A DNA stretch of 64,000 nucleotides from Camelus ferus (Eukaryota), in the NCBI RefSeq assembly GCF_009834535.1, contig NC_045707.1:54500001-54564000 (forward strand), read 5' to 3'. Below are positions 27,336-40,062 of this stretch, one piece after another. Both the position numbers and the translations under genes were made by a program. Position 1 is the first letter of the stretch; every line of letters begins with the position of its first letter. Under the pieces are notes generated by a model, which was given only the letters and a program-made list of their open reading frames with translations, ran no database searches and was not told the DNA's origin.

Positions 27336-28799
27336 AGCTACTTTCTCTTATTTCTCCTCATTGGCATCAAGACATAAATTAGTATCCATTATTTTTAAGC
27401 ATATTACTCCACAAATATTTTGTGACTTGTAGCTTTGTATGTGTAGCTGAGATAGGTGTCAAACATCAGTGAAAAAGCTAAAGGGTCAAGTAAGCCTTCC
27501 CAACACTGCTGTAAATCATTCCTGCAAGTATACAGAAAACTTTGTTTCCCACAGATAAGCCTAATCCTGATTATGGAGAACGTAGTTCTACTTGTTTTCT
27601 TAAATTCTTCTGGTTGTTATTGGTATTATTTGCACTGTATCTCAATTTACATATATATATATACACATACACACACATATATAAAGATATGTATCAGCAG
27701 AAATATTTGCCTATCGACAAAATGTTAAGTAAAAGCAAATTATGCAAGGTATTCTGTAAGATTTTGGTTGTAACTGTTTTCGGTTTTTCCTGTGGAGCAT
27801 CAGAGTATTTCTTTACCCATGTCAGGGGAAGGGCAACCAGAAGATCAAATCTTTTTTTTTTTTTCTTTTATCTTAAAAAAAAATATTTTAAAGGTGGGTT
27901 TGGAAGAGACTGAGAAAAGGCTCTCTTGGCTGCATTAAAAGCTGAGGATTAGTAGCAATGTTCTGACCGGAAATTTAGGTCTTGTGATTTCTTTCCAGGA
28001 GATTTTTCACTGCGTGAAAAACCTGTCTCCAACGGCCTTATTATTTAATTCAATCTTAATTGGATACAAACTGTCAAAATCTGAGGGATTGTTGGATGGC
28101 CTAAAAGTGCACAAAGGTGTTTTTTAATGGTAATATTAATCATCTGTAAGTAGAAAATGTCCTTCACCAACCAATAAACCTTTCCGCTACAATATAGTTT
28201 ACGTTCATTTTACATTTCTTTCAAACTTTGAAAGTTTTAAAAACATAAATTTAATCTCTAGAACATATGCCCTATTAAGGGGAAGATTCGGCCATTTTCA
28301 AAAGTAGGCTAAGCTTTGTGTTCAGTGATGTATATTTTAGGAATTCTCCACGTGGCTTAATGAGTATGTCTTCCTTGCTGTGAGAGATAAGTCAGCCTTC
28401 ATCTTGTAATAAGACCCCTTGGAGACGAGTCGGATGCTAAGGGACCAACATAGGGTGAGGACTAGCTCCTTTAAACAGCCTTTCATAATCTGGCCAGAAT
28501 CGCTGAGCGCTATCAGGTAACCGTTTGATGGAGACGCAAATGCCTAGAATGTTCTTTTGCGAGAGAAGTAAATGGCCGGCTTGGAGAGAAAACTAGGGAA
28601 AAGGGTTCTTTGAGTCACCCACCGCTTCTGGTCCTGTCACCAACTCGGAGAATAGTCCGAGCGTGTGAGGTAGGATCATTTCTATTGTTATCCAGACTGA
28701 GACAAAGGGGGAGGGGACGGTGGGCAACTGGTGCCCATCCTTTCGGTTGCGTAGGTTGGGGGAGGACAGGATGGCAGGGAGAATTTGTTTAGTTTTGCT

Positions 28800-30480
28800 T
28801 GGGAGCCGGCTTCCCCAAGTCCATCCCGCCCCCGGCCTGGAGCGCTGGGAGGATAGATGCTGCGAGGCCGCCGCAGCGGCCTCTGCGTCAAGGGGCGGTG
28901 GGGCGGGGAGGTGCGGCGCCCAGCCGGGCGACCTGGCTCGCGTCCCCGCGCCGCCAGCAGCCTCCGCCTCTCCCCCGCAGCCTGCCGGCCGCCGCAGCTC
29001 GGGCGGGCCGGGCACGTGGGTGCCTCCGTCACACCCTCACTCACACACTCACACACACCCGCGCGCACGCACCGCGCGCCTGCATCTCGTGCTCTTTCTC
29101 TGGCCGACACACAGGCGCTCACGAGTCGCTCAGTGCCAGCCCCAGGGCAGCGACCCCCTCCACCCAGTCCCGAGGCCCGCCCTTGACTAGCTGCTGCTTC
29201 TCTCCAGACAGCTCCTTTGCGGCCTGGGTCACAGCCACCTGGACCCAACCCTTCGACCACTGCTGCTACAGTCGGGACGTGGAAACAGCCAGAGGCGCCC
29301 GACCAAGACACACTGACGGTAAGGACACCCTCCTACCGCTAAGGGCACGGCTTAGGTGGAGTGGGGCTCACCGTTAGGCACCCTGGAGCCTGGGGACCTG
29401 GGAAGGGAGCGGAATTGATGGATGGGTCCAGGGAAGGACTCAGGCTGTGTCCGGGGGTGAAGGGAGCAGGGCGCTTCCAAAGCCCTGGATGGGAGAAGCT
29501 GGACTAGGCGGGCGACCCTCCCGGCTCCTCGTCCTGCACCTGCACACAGTTGGAGGGAGGGGGTGCGAGAGGCGGCGTGTAACGGGAAGCACATGGGTCG
29601 AAACGTGCCGCCATCCTTCTCGTCGTGAAAACTGCCCACAGCAACCTCGAGAGACCAGTCCGTTCCCAGTCAAGTCAGGTTGGCTGAAGGGTGGAGTCTG
29701 ACCAGGGCAAATCAGAAAGTTGGGAGGGTCGGGACGGAGCGAGGCGCTCCGGAGGTTCTAGGTGAGTTAGAAGCCGATCCTCGTGCGGGTGGGCGGTGGG
29801 GCGGGGAGAGGAGCCAACCTCATTCCTCATTTGCTTCTGGTTGCTTTTGCAACTGCTTAAGGAGACTACCGAAGGCGGTGTGTTTTCACGTGACCCCAGT
29901 TCCCTTTTGCCTGAGGCATCCTGCGATAAATGGTCCTAAAGTGGGCCATTCTCCCGCACAAGGCACGTGGCTCCGGAAGAAAGCACAGCTTGTGTGTTCC
30001 TGCGCATCCAGGAATTTGAGAGTGTGGCGGTGAGGGTGCTGGTGCTGGGATTTCAAGGAGGATGGTAGGAATTAGAAACCCAGACCTTCTACGTTTCGTT
30101 AACTCTACCGTCTCTGCGCGGCCTGGGCAGAGGACGGTTTTGAGAATAGGATAGACTTTAAGTCGTAAGGCACAGACATACCAGCCTTCTAAACATGAAT
30201 GGATCAAAAACGCCCGAGCCGTCCCGGGGACAGGTATGACCCTGCCGAGCGCAGAGGCCGCAGGGGCGGGAATTCTTTTCCGTTAGGCAGAGAAGCAGAG
30301 TTTGTCGCGCGTTCGCGGAGAGCTCGCGCTCCCTGGTGCCGAGCTCTCCTCTCCCCCTTCCATTCTCTTCCCTTGCAGGGAAATAGTGGAGTAAGACGGG
30401 GCGGGGTCCGCACTCGGGCGTGGTGACGTCAGCAGTGTTTGGGTGCTTATGCAAATGAGACTGCGACCGTTTCTCCCAGT
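28800..30480 (+). promoter_or_regulatory. SLC6A15: CpG-island promoter of SLC6A15, extending into intron 1
   Basis: Sharp rise in GC and CpG against an AT-rich background. Contains GC boxes (28892-28908), CRE-like TGCGTCA (28884-28890) and E-box CACGTG (29013-29018). No obvious TATA box. Lies ~15 kb upstream of the first coding exon. Confidence 0.9.
29030..29318 (+). other. SLC6A15: Probable non-coding exon 1 (5'UTR); start approximate
   Basis: Donor ACG|GTAAGG at 29318/29319, downstream of the GC-box cluster. No ATG in the segment. Exon 2 begins at an acceptor, so an upstream exon is needed. The TSS is inferred only. Confidence 0.65.
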
Positions 30481-31219
30481 TGGGCCGTTTCCCTCCAGGT
30501 CTTAAAGGTAGATCTAGTCTTAGTGTGCACCGTTTGTTTGGTTTCCTGCGCAGAAACACCGGAGGACTGAAGGGTTTACGTACTGTGCTGCATTTGGGCT
30601 CCTCATCGTCCAGTTTTTAAAGCTGTTCTATACCTGTCCTTTCCTGGTTGCTTTCCCGGACCACAAGGAACAATGTGTTTGCTTTAGGAAATATTCTCTG
30701 ACAGACAACCCCATGGAGAGCTTATTACCCCACCCAGTCTCATTTTTGCAAGAACGGCTCTGAGATACACACTTGCTTTTATCTTCCACACCCAGTATTG
30801 GGTTTGACAGTAGTAGGTATTTAATACTTGATTGTGAACCAAAGCGTGTGTGTATTTATCTCATTAAATTCGTAGTATTCAACCATCAGAATCGCCTGTT
30901 TTATTTTTTCTATCTAAAAATGTGTTTTTTCTATCTACATGACCAATGATCCATGTATATCTGTTAGAATGAAATATATTACCAGTATATTATTGAATTC
31001 ATTGGTCATTTTCTCCTAAGTGACACATTCAGTGTGTCCTCCCTCCCCCCAGGATGACAAGAATTACTGTTTTAAAAGGAAGATAATCTTTTATCGTTGG
31101 TCGACAGGTTTTCTTTTTCTGATTGCACATTATATACTTGATTCAAGAATTACTTTATACTTACAATATATGTAACTCAAGATTCCATATATTAATGGCA
31201 TTAAGAAAGGTATTTATAC

Positions 31220-31389
31220 ATACTTACCTGGCAGGGGAGACACCATGATCACGAAGGTGGTTTTCCCAGGGCGAGGCTCATCCATTGCACTCTGGATGTG
31301 CTGACCCCTGCGATTCCTCCAAATGTGGGAAACTCTACTGCATAATTTGTGGTAGTGGGGGGGGGGGGCTGCGTTCGCACTTTCCCCTG
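31220..31389 (+). pseudogene. RNU1: Full-length U1 snRNA processed retrocopy
   Basis: ATACTTACCTGGCAGGGGAG...AATTTGTGG...TTTCCCCTG, followed by TTT and an A-rich tail. Flanked by a 17-bp TSD AAGAAAGGTATTTATAC (31203-31219 and 31407-31423). Confidence 0.96.
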
Positions 31390-31477
31390 TTTAAAAAAAG
31401 AAGAAAAAGAAAGGTATTTATACGTATTTTTAGGAAGAAATGCTGTGTCATCCAATTAAAGTAAATAACAAATACTA

Positions 31478-31800
31478 TCTGAATCCAGTTCAGGCTGCTG
31501 TAACAAATGACCATAAACCAGGTGTCTTATAAACAACAGAAATTTATTTCTCACATTCTGGAGGCTGGTACAAGATTAAGGTGCCAGCAGACTCCTTGTC
31601 TGGTGAGAGCCTGCTTGCTGGTTCAGGGAGGGTGCCTTCTCACTGTGTTCTCACAAGGTGGAAGGGGCTAGTTAGCTCTCCAGGGTCTCTTACCAACCCC
31701 TAAAGGCTTCACCTCAAGGTAATATATAATCACCTTGGGGTTAGAATTTCAACGTACGAATATGGGATGAAAGGAGGATACAAACATTCAAACCACAGCA
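31478..31800 (-). mobile_element. MLT1A-type MaLR LTR
   Basis: caggctgctgtaacaaatgaccataaac...aacaacagaaatttatttctcaca...caaacattcaaaccacagca. Confidence 0.8.
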
Positions 31801-32629
31801 AATAGTAAAGAATTTATAAAGATAATAGTTATTTGAGATACCAAAAATCAGATGAGATGCCTTAGTTGTCAGTTATTGAAAATTTTAAATAACTTAGAAT
31901 AATTCATAAAACCTAAGCTCTATAATCATTAATTTACCCAGTGATCACAGTTCAAATTTTACTGTGTGCATGTTAGAAAATAGGCTTATCCTGTCATAAA
32001 ATAAAACTTTTATTTGAATTGGTAAGAAATTTGCATTCTTGTGAACTCTGGGGTTATCATTCAGGTAATTAAAAGATCATCGACTTGGAATGATAGATCT
32101 GAAAGAGAGTGTTGTGATCAAAATCTCTGAAAAATTTTACTTCTCAATTTACTTCTTTTGGAGAGTGTTTTAACCCCTTTATTACTATATACGTATGCAT
32201 GATTGACTATGTTAATATATTCCTATGCAGAGTCGATTTTAAAATAGTTTCTGAGCAGATGGCATTATCAACAAAAATCCTTGGGTGTAGTCTGATGCGT
32301 GAAATCATTCAGGGTTACATGGCAGGATCTTTAGATTTATTTCCAGTCTGCACTATAACTTAACTCCTAACTACTCTTCTGGATGTATTGAGTAAATAAT
32401 TTTTAATAAACACATTTATCTGCTTATACATTAACTTTGACCAATAATGATTGTCTCATATTTCTCCATGAACAGTAAGCCCTAGAAACTGAGCTGCAGG
32501 GTAGTTTTAAGTGCATAGTATCATTTAATATAGAGCTATTTTCAGTCTTGAAGTTCAGTTTGTTTCCTTATGATTAAGGCACTAAGGTAACCTTTCACAT
32601 AAGATAGATTGTTATCTTTTAATAGAATG

Positions 32630-33250
32630 CTTAAGCTGGGAGCTTTTTTACCTCTCAGATTGGCAAAGATCAAAAAGATTACTCACTGTATTGAAGAAGG
32701 CTGAGGGAAGCAGGCACTTTCATGCTTTGCTTGTGGTAGTGCAAATTTAGACAACCTTTATAAAGGGTCATTTGCCAATATTTACCAAAATTATGAAAGC
32801 GTGTACCCTTTGATCAAACAGCTCCACTTCTAGGAATTTATTCTACAGATATACAAATTTCAGGTATACAAACTGAGTTGCTTGAACATTGATGCGAATT
32901 ATCAGAAATGGCTAATCTATGATATATTCATACCATGGACTATCATACAATCATTAAAAAATAAGCTATTGTATTGAGAGCAAAGTTTTTGAAGGCTTTT
33001 AAAGTGAAAACCAAGATGCAGAATTATGTATAGTATATAGTTACAGTTGTGTAAAAAGAACAAAGTTGGGTGGGGGGGAAGAAAACACATATTAGCCTGA
33101 ATATACATACTAGTTTGAATATATATCAAATTTCTGTTGAGGACTTCGGTGACTTACAGAGAGGTAGGGGTGGGACTAGATATGCTGGGGAGAAAGGGTA
33201 GGAAGATATATTTCACTCTATGCCCACCATATTACTGTATTATTTGTTCT
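32630..33250 (+). mobile_element. Old L1 (L1ME-like) 3' fragment
   Basis: cagattggcaaagatcaaaa...ccctttgatcaaacagctccacttctaggaatttattc. Confidence 0.7.
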
Positions 33251-33509
33251 AAAATAGATTTAAACATTCTAAAGTGAAAACAATAGCAAATAAACAGCTC
33301 TGGGAGAACAGTATCCAGGCATCAGATGCTGTCAAATGAGTAAAGTATAAAAGTCAATGGGTGTTTTGTCTCCATGATTTTTGTAGTTTTTGAATTTACA
33401 GGAAAGTTTCCTCTTTCAGCATTCTTAGTAATAAAATTATATTAGAGCAGCAGATAAGATTTAGTTGATTCACTAAAACATGCATAAAATGTATAGTTTA
33501 GTGAATTGA

Positions 33510-34400
33510 CTGAGGTTTTTTAAAAAAATTATTTTAAGATGGTTATAGATTCACATTTTAGTTGTTAAGAAATAATTATATAAGATAATATGTAGTTAAA
33601 AGAAATAGAGAGTTCTTTTGTGCCCTTTACAGTTTCCTGGAAATGTAACATCTTGCAAAACTATACAACATAATCAGAATATTGACATTGATAAAGCAAA
33701 GTTACAAGACAGTTCCATCACTGTAACAGTCCCTGTGTTGCCCTTTCATAAGCACAACCACTTCACTCCTTCCCTCATCCTCTCCTTAACTCGTAATAAC
33801 CACTAATCTGTTATTCATGTTTGTTGTTTTCTTTTCAAGAATGTTACATAAGTAGAATCATATAATATGCAACCTTTCAGAATTGGCTTTTCCCACTCAG
33901 CATAATTGTCTGTAGATTCACCTAAGTTGTTGTGTTAGTAGTTTGTTTTTATTTCCGACTAGTACTCCATGATATGGATTTACCATAGTTAGTTTAACTA
34001 TTTACCCATTAAATGGCATCTGGGTTGTTTCTGGTTTAGAGTTATTATGAATAAAGCTATTGTAGACACTTGTTTACAAGTTTTATGGAACATAAGTTTT
34101 TATTTCTCTAGGATAAACAGCCAAGAGTTCAATTGTTGGGTTAAATAGTTGCATGCTTTGTTTTCTAGAGAGCTGTACCATTTTACATTCTCACCAGCAA
34201 TGTATGAATGATCCAGGTTCTCTGTATCAGAATCTGGTTGTCCTTATATTTTGGCCATTTTGATAAGTATGTAGTGACATCTCGTAGTTCTCGTTAGAAT
34301 TTCCTAATGCCTAATAATGTCAAACCTCATTTCATGTGCTCATTTGCCATCCAGATATCATGTTCAGTGAAATGTCCCTTTATGGCCTTTGTCCATTTGC
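33510..34400 (-). mobile_element. L1MC/MD 3' region, reverse orientation
   Basis: ttggcttttcccactcagcataatt...ttttacattctcaccagcaatgtatga...catgtgctcatttgccatc. Confidence 0.8.
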
Positions 34401-34409
34401 TGAATTATT

Positions 34410-34646
34410 TCTGAAGTGGCTACAAGTGAAGGGATGCTGGCAGCCCCAGAAGCTAAAAGGAGAAAGAATAGACTCCCCCCCAGAGTCTCCTAAGGGAGTG
34501 CAGACCTGCCAACACCTTGATTTTGGTTCACTTGAAACTGATTTTGAATCTCTGATTTCCAGAGCTTTGAAAGAATACCTTTCTATGGTTTCAAGCCACT
34601 ACATTTGAAATAATTTGTTGCAGCAGCCTCAGGAAATGAATACAGT
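34410..34646 (+). mobile_element. MLT1C/D-type LTR fragment
   Basis: ccagaagct...ccccagagtctcc...tgccaacaccttgatttt...tttgttgcagcagcctcaggaaatgaataca. Confidence 0.8.
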
Positions 34647-34824
34647 GCCTAAATCTGAGTTGTTCTCAAGATGCTAATAAAATTTTGTGTTTAAAAAAAA
34701 CTTTGTGTATTTAAAAAAAAATTAAAAGACTTTTTGAAAGACTTAAGTAAGGTTTAAAATCTGTCCTTGGTTCATAGAAGTTAACAAAAAAAAATACATT
34801 TCAACTTATGGGAATTACTTTATA

Positions 34825-35645
34825 ATCACAACTAACTTTGAAATAATTGCAAGCGCCTGGAAAGTGTAAAGGGAGCTCACCTAGCCTCCCCTGTTTACAG
34901 TCTGGTATAAAGTACAGAACATTATCAAAACCAGCGTATCGTTACGCGTATAATCCATAAAGCTTTCCCAGATTCTGCAGTCATTTTTTCTGCAGGTGTG
35001 TATAGTTCTTTGCAATGTTATCTCATGTATAGCCTCATGTACCCTTCGTCATAATGAAGACACTAAAGGGTACCATCTCACAGAGTTCCCTTGTGCTCCC
35101 CTTTTACAGCACACCCACCTGTCCTTCCCTACCCTAACTCCTAGCAACCACTGTTCTATGGTTCATCTCTGTCACTATGTTATTTCACATATGTAATATG
35201 AATGGAATTATGAAATATGTATCCTTTTTGAGTTGCGCCCCCCCCCCATTCAGCATTATTTCCTTCAAGTCCATCCAGGTTGTTATATGTATCAGTGGTT
35301 CTTTTCTTTTTATTGCTGATATGGCATCATATGGATGTACTCCGGTCTGTTTAACCATTCATCCACTAAAGGATATTTAGGGAATTTACTGTTTGGGGCT
35401 ATTATGAGTAAAGCTTATATGAACATTTTTGTACAAGTTTCTGCTTGAAAATAAGTTTTTATTTCTTTGGGATACATGCCTAAGTGTGCAAAAAGGAACT
35501 GCCAACTACTTTTTAGGGTGGCTTTTATTATCTTACATTTTTATCAGCGATATATGATTAATCTAGTTTCTTCACATCCTCACCAACTTTCAGTGTCATC
35601 ATTTATTTATTTACTTATTTTATTCTAGCCATTCTGATAGATGTG
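34825..35645 (-). mobile_element. L1MC-like 3' region, reverse orientation
   Basis: gtttaaccattcatccactaaaggatatttagg...ttctagccattctgatag. Confidence 0.75.
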
Positions 35646-36419
35646 TTACAGCCCACCTTTTTGGGCAAAGCCTATTACAAACTGTACATTGTGACCTTGT
35701 ATCATTGTTTATAAAAATGTCCTCCTTTTGATTAACTAATTTTTGTTATCATTTTTGCCTAATGCAAATATTTTATGTAAAAGGGGATTTTATTTGCAAA
35801 ATAAATGCTTAAGATGAATCCTATATTGTTAAAAATGTTTGTATTATTTGTCAAAATCATTATTTCATTATGTTTTCAAATCTTGCCTTTTTCCTTTTGC
35901 AATTATTTCATAACTACGAACTTCTCAACATGTGCCACTTTTTTCTTGGGTGTTGCAGTATGTTTCAGCATTTTGTTTTTATTCAAATAGTCTTTACTTT
36001 TTACTTTATATATTAGAATATGAAAAATGTATTTCATTTGAGTTTATAATGAACTTCATATTCAATGTTCAGAATTGGTTCATATTTAAAGAAAACTTTT
36101 TTCAGTAAAACTTGAACTTGTCCAAGTCAGGGAGATAAACTACTGTTGTTCTAGGTCTATATTATAGAATATTAAGATTGCCAATAATTAGCCAGTGCAG
36201 GCATATCTGTTTGAGTTTTCTCTCATTCTAAGACGCAAGTGCTTGCCTGCTATTTTAAGCTCCTGCATACTTTCATTGGAAATGTTAGTTAATATCTAAT
36301 ATAACAAATTCAAAAGCTGTTGTAACAATAGTTTAGTAGTTAAAAAGTCTTGAAAGACGGAGTAAGAATTGCATTAATTCTATAGTGAATTATTTCTATT
36401 TTGAGTTAATTCTGTAGTG

Positions 36420-37660
36420 AAATTTTTAGCAAGACTAATCAATACAAAAGCAGAAAAAACACCTATTACCAATGTCACAGATAAAAAATGAGATAGGACT
36501 ACAAATCCTATAGATAATAAAAAATACTAAGGAGTATTATGAATCACTTCATGCCAGTAAATTTGACAATTCAGATGAAGTAAATTCCTCAAAAAACACA
36601 ACTTACAAAACTAACACAGCAAGAAAAAGAAAGCCTGAGTAGCTATCTATCAATAAAATAAATGGACGTTTTAATTTAAAATATTTCAAAAAAAGAAAAC
36701 TCGAGGCCAAGATGGCTTCATTGGTGAGTGCTGCCAAACATTTAAGGAAGAAATAAAACTAATCCTACATATATTCTCTCAGAAAACAAAGGAGAGACCA
36801 TTTCAAAACTCTGTTTACAAGTCCACCAAAAACAGAGAGGTAAAATACAAGGAAAAAAAATGACAGATTCACATTCTCATGAATATGGTTGAAAAAAAAT
36901 TCTTACCAAAATATTAGCAAATTAATTTCAGTGATATATTAAGAAGGTAATACATCTAGACTAAGTGGGGTTTATCCCATAATGAAAGATACAAAACCAA
37001 TCAATGTAATACTCTATATTAATAGATTAAGAAGTTATATGATTATCTTAATAAAATCAGGAAATTACGTGACAAAGTTCATTATTCATGATTCAAAAAA
37101 ATTACTGAACTAGAAATAAGAATCTTTTCTAAACTGATAAAAGGCATCTATGAAAAAATTCATGACTAACATTGTAAAATATGAGTACTATCACACTAAC
37201 ACTGGGACATAGATGAAGAAGTCTACTCTTAATATTTCTGTTCAGAATTTTGGTGGATTTCCCAGCCAGTACAATAAATCAAGAAAAAGAAATTAAATGT
37301 AAACAATTAGAGAGCTAAGCTGTATTTACCAATGACGTATTTATAAAAATTCTAAGGGATCTTTAAGAAAAAAACAACTTGATGTAGTATTGTTGCAAGA
37401 TAGAAAGCTTGTATTAAAAAATCAATTTTTTCTAGAGAGAAATTAAAGCAGATACAAATAAATGGAAAGATTACCAAGTTCATAGACTGAAGAAACTCAA
37501 TTTTTGAAAAATTCAACTTTTTTAAGATGTCAGTGCTACCCAAGTGGGTCTATTGAATGAGTGTAATCCCAATCAAAACCCCAACAAGCTGTTTTTTGGG
37601 GTAGAAATTAACAAGCTAATTTCAAAATTTATAGGGGAAGGCAATGAACCAATCTTAAAA
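36420..37660 (+). mobile_element. Old L1 ORF2 fragment
   Basis: ggccaagatggcttcattggtgag...caaacatttaaggaagaaata...aatcccaatcaaaacccca, heavily degenerate. Confidence 0.8.
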
Positions 37661-38329
37661 AAGAGAAAAAACACATTAAACATGGTTAGGGTTTAGAACC
37701 ACAACTTAGAGATTTATTATGTTGATTTAAAAATGTTTTGAATCTAGTTTTAAGTGTTGAAAATACATTTTTTTTCTGAAAAATTACCTATGGAGATATT
37801 TAAAGCAAAACAAAAATGAGAAAATGAGAAAAATGTCAGCAATTCCAAAAGTAAATAATGAAACATTTCCAACATTTCCTTGTGTAAGTCCTTAAGCAGA
37901 ATAGATAAATATATAAAAGGTGCATAATAGGGTTCTTTGCAAGCTGCAGAAACTGATGCTGGCTAAGAGAAAAAAAGAAATATTGGCAGGGTCGCAGAGG
38001 TTCAAAGAAACAATGGGGTGCTTGGCAATAAGATGGAAAAGGGCAAGAATGAAAACACTTCTGAAAACCAGGAACCAGGATCCATGACTACAGTAGTACT
38101 TACAGCCTGGGCGTAACACCTTTGGAATTGAATGAGATGCCAACTTTTTGATCTCTTTGTTCCTCTCCTCAAGATTCAAAATCCAGGGAGGGGAAATCTA
38201 ACTGGACAAATGGGAAAGATTATTTTCAAAGCTGGGGCAATATTCCTCTCTTCCCTCTACTCACTCCTTTTACAATTTGACTTTTATCACTCCTTCCATC
38301 AAAAAGAGGAGTTTTTCCATCCTGGAATC

Positions 38330-38730
38330 ATCTGGGCTTAGCTGCGTGGCCAGTGAGACATCAGCAAATATGACAAGAACAGGCTTTACTAGCACTTGGG
38401 TGTTGGGCTTACTCCTTTTGGCTAGAGTTGGTAGTCTGAGCTTATAATGTGAACAAGTTGAAACTCATATTTTGGAGAGACTACATGTGGAAGAACTGAA
38501 ATGCTCCGGCTGATAGGCTGCCTCCTGCCAGAAAGTGAGTGAGACCATCTTAGACCATCCTCCGGGACTCGAGTTGGCAGATGAGTGCAGGAGTGACCCA
38601 AGCGAAGACCTGCAAAACAACTGGTCATCTAAGCCTAGCTCCAATTGCTAACCCACAGAATCATGAGTAAATTCAATTTTTGTTTAAGCTACTAAGTTGA
38701 GATAATTGTTATGCAGCAATAGAAAACTGG
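38330..38730 (+). mobile_element. MLT1F/G-type LTR
   Basis: aacccacagaatcatgagtaaa...tttaagctactaagttgagataattgttatgcagcaatagaaaactg. Confidence 0.75.
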
Positions 38731-40062
38731 TCTTAAAAAAAGGTGGTGTTAAAACAATGTCTGAAATATGCAGCATTGGCTCTGGACTTATATTATCCTT
38801 AATAGAGTAATACGTGCCAAACCAGTTGTAATATACAACCATAGAGGGACAATAATCATAGCAATAAAAGAAACCATATCGAGTACTCTCAATGTAATGG
38901 CATTTAACCAAGCACTTTATTATTAGATAAATAAGTAATTTAGCCAAGGTCATAAAACCATAAGTGATAGAGTTAGGATTTGAACTCAGTCTGTCTCTAG
39001 AACCTGGATTTAAATGTTTGGCACCAGTACGTTTCTTCTTAGTAAGAAATATTAATTCCTACGAGATCCCATTAAAAGTGAATAAGAAAGATTATATGAA
39101 AACTTGGAGGTTGGGGTCATTATACTTCTTTAGACTGAATATAATATTTAGAGAATATCCTAAATTGCTTTCTGCGAAGATGAGGACATTCTTATACCTT
39201 TCTTTCTGTCTCCTCCCCTTTCAATTTCTGATTTTGTTAGGTTATTTTTGGGTTTTAACTTATATTTTTCCCCATCATAATTCTTATAGACTTTGAACCT
39301 TATTTCCTTGTTTAAATTAATATGCACTTCATGCACTTCCATCCTTTAACATGGCTTCTCTGTTTCTGAGGTTTTTACTTTGTTTTCTCTCTTGGTTGGC
39401 AAAGTTTCATGATCACGTAGCTGGTCCCTCTTCCTCCCAGAAGGGCTCATCAGATCTCTTATGGATGAGACTATTTGCCTGGGGCATTTATAATTGGAAC
39501 ACAAAGTACCTGAATATAAAAATTGGAGGTCAAGTATTTTTTCTCTTAGTTTTTAAAGAGATTGTTGAATATCCTGAGAAGTCTTTTTAGCTTCTTTTTA
39601 GCTCCTTTCTACTTCTGCTTGAAATTCCTAGGAATCTTTATCCCAGTAATTTCTCAATGTTGACCCTTAGCTAACATGCATTATTATTATTGTTGTTGTT
39701 GTTGTTATTATTATTATTTGAAAATACAAGTCTAAGCAACACTTCTGTTATTTTATCTTTTAGTATTTTGTGTTTTATTAATTCTATTATTTCCTGATAT
39801 ACATTCTACATTTATCTTTTGCTTATGTTTCTTCCCCTCTCAACTACTACCCCTCCATGTCCCTGTTTCTGTGTAAAACTCTTTCATTCTTAGTAATTAA
39901 TCTCATAATAACTAGTGAATCATCTCCTCTTTGAATGGGGAGAGTTCTGTCTTGTCACACGGTGTGATAAAGAAGTTAGTGTTGGATTAGCTCCAATAAA
40001 ATGGAGCATGGATTAAGTGCTCTGGGGCACTCTGCATCTTGAGTTCAGATTTAATCACTGGA

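Noticed and set aside
28593..30559. Many overlapping long ORFs (up to 207 aa) on both strands
   Set aside because: Stop-poor GC-rich CpG island. The translations are low-complexity Ala/Arg/Pro/Gly, often with non-ATG starts, and show no recognisable domain.
30398..31389. Octamer + GC box acting as the distal sequence element of a genuine U1 gene
   Set aside because: The motifs are ~770 bp upstream, whereas a DSE is normally ~200-250 bp away. No PSE or 3' box is evident, and the A-tail and TSD show the copy is retroposed.
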